Source: a virus (Duplodnaviria; Caudoviricetes). From it: a stretch of DNA of 31,743 bases. A program made the position numbers and the translations under genes. The notes beneath the pieces were generated by a model. The model saw only the letters and a list, made by a program, of their open reading frames with translations. It did no database searches and was not told where the DNA came from. The stretch spans positions 1-31,743 of IMG/VR virus record IMGVR_UViG_3300005805_000290. The stretch is one strand, 5' to 3'. Below, in pieces: positions 31,592 to 31,743 of this stretch (position 1 is its first letter; every line of letters starts with the position of its first letter).

Positions 31592-31691
31592 TACGCATCG
31601 TACAAGAAAGACAAAAATTCAGATTTTCTTAAAAATGGGTTTACAATATTTCTACGGATCTATCAAGAGACACGCTCTCTGAGAATCGTAA

Positions 31692-31726
31692 AACCCCTTG
31701 TTCTGCGAGCAGGGGGTTCTTTATTT
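31692..31726 (+). terminator. Intrinsic terminator-like hairpin
   Basis: AACCCCTTGTTC-TGC-GAGCAGGGGGTT followed by CTTTATTT. Confidence 0.6.
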
Positions 31727-31743
31727 GACAAGTTGTTTTAACC

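Noticed and set aside
1-31743. Stop-codon reassignment
   Set aside because: Known genes are full length under code 11, and the small ORFs have their own RBS or coupling; TAA, TAG and TGA all act as stops

Overview
AT-rich (roughly one-third GC by eye) segment of a large tailed dsDNA phage. The likely host is a low-GC actinobacterium such as the freshwater acI/Nanopelagicales type; this is inferred from whiB, an actinobacterial-type ssb and many leaderless genes. There are no capsid, terminase or polymerase genes in the window. Positions 1-20.9 kb are mostly + strand accessory genes: WhiB, SSB, an M23 peptidase with membrane/surface proteins, an SNase-like nuclease, and a glycan-modification island (methyltransferase, epimerase, Gmd, GT8, choline kinase, LicC-like cytidylyltransferases). 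This part also holds Hsp20 behind a ROSE-like thermometer, AdoMetDC plus an apparently dead AdoMetDC paralogue, thioredoxin, tRNA-Arg(CCG), two 2OG-Fe(II) oxygenases and a PD-(D/E)xK nuclease. Positions 20.9-21.9 kb are a repeat-rich convergence zone around an Ntn/HslV-like protease gene. Positions 21.9-30.2 kb (- strand) and 30.3-31.7 kb (+ strand) form a divergent early/host-takeover region of very small genes plus DUF932, a GP88-like protein and tRNA-Asp. The most striking signal is non-coding. Six intergenic spacers carry the same composite element: 2-3 co-oriented DnaA boxes at 11-bp period (7 perfect TTATCCACA in total) fused at a fixed register to an AAAAT-YYRR-ATTTT pseudo-palindrome. 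Nearby are three perfect CRP boxes in helical phase with their promoters, a family of promoters with a conserved TTGTC spacer motif, and repeated small RNA structures. All functional calls come from motif recognition by eye; no searches were run.
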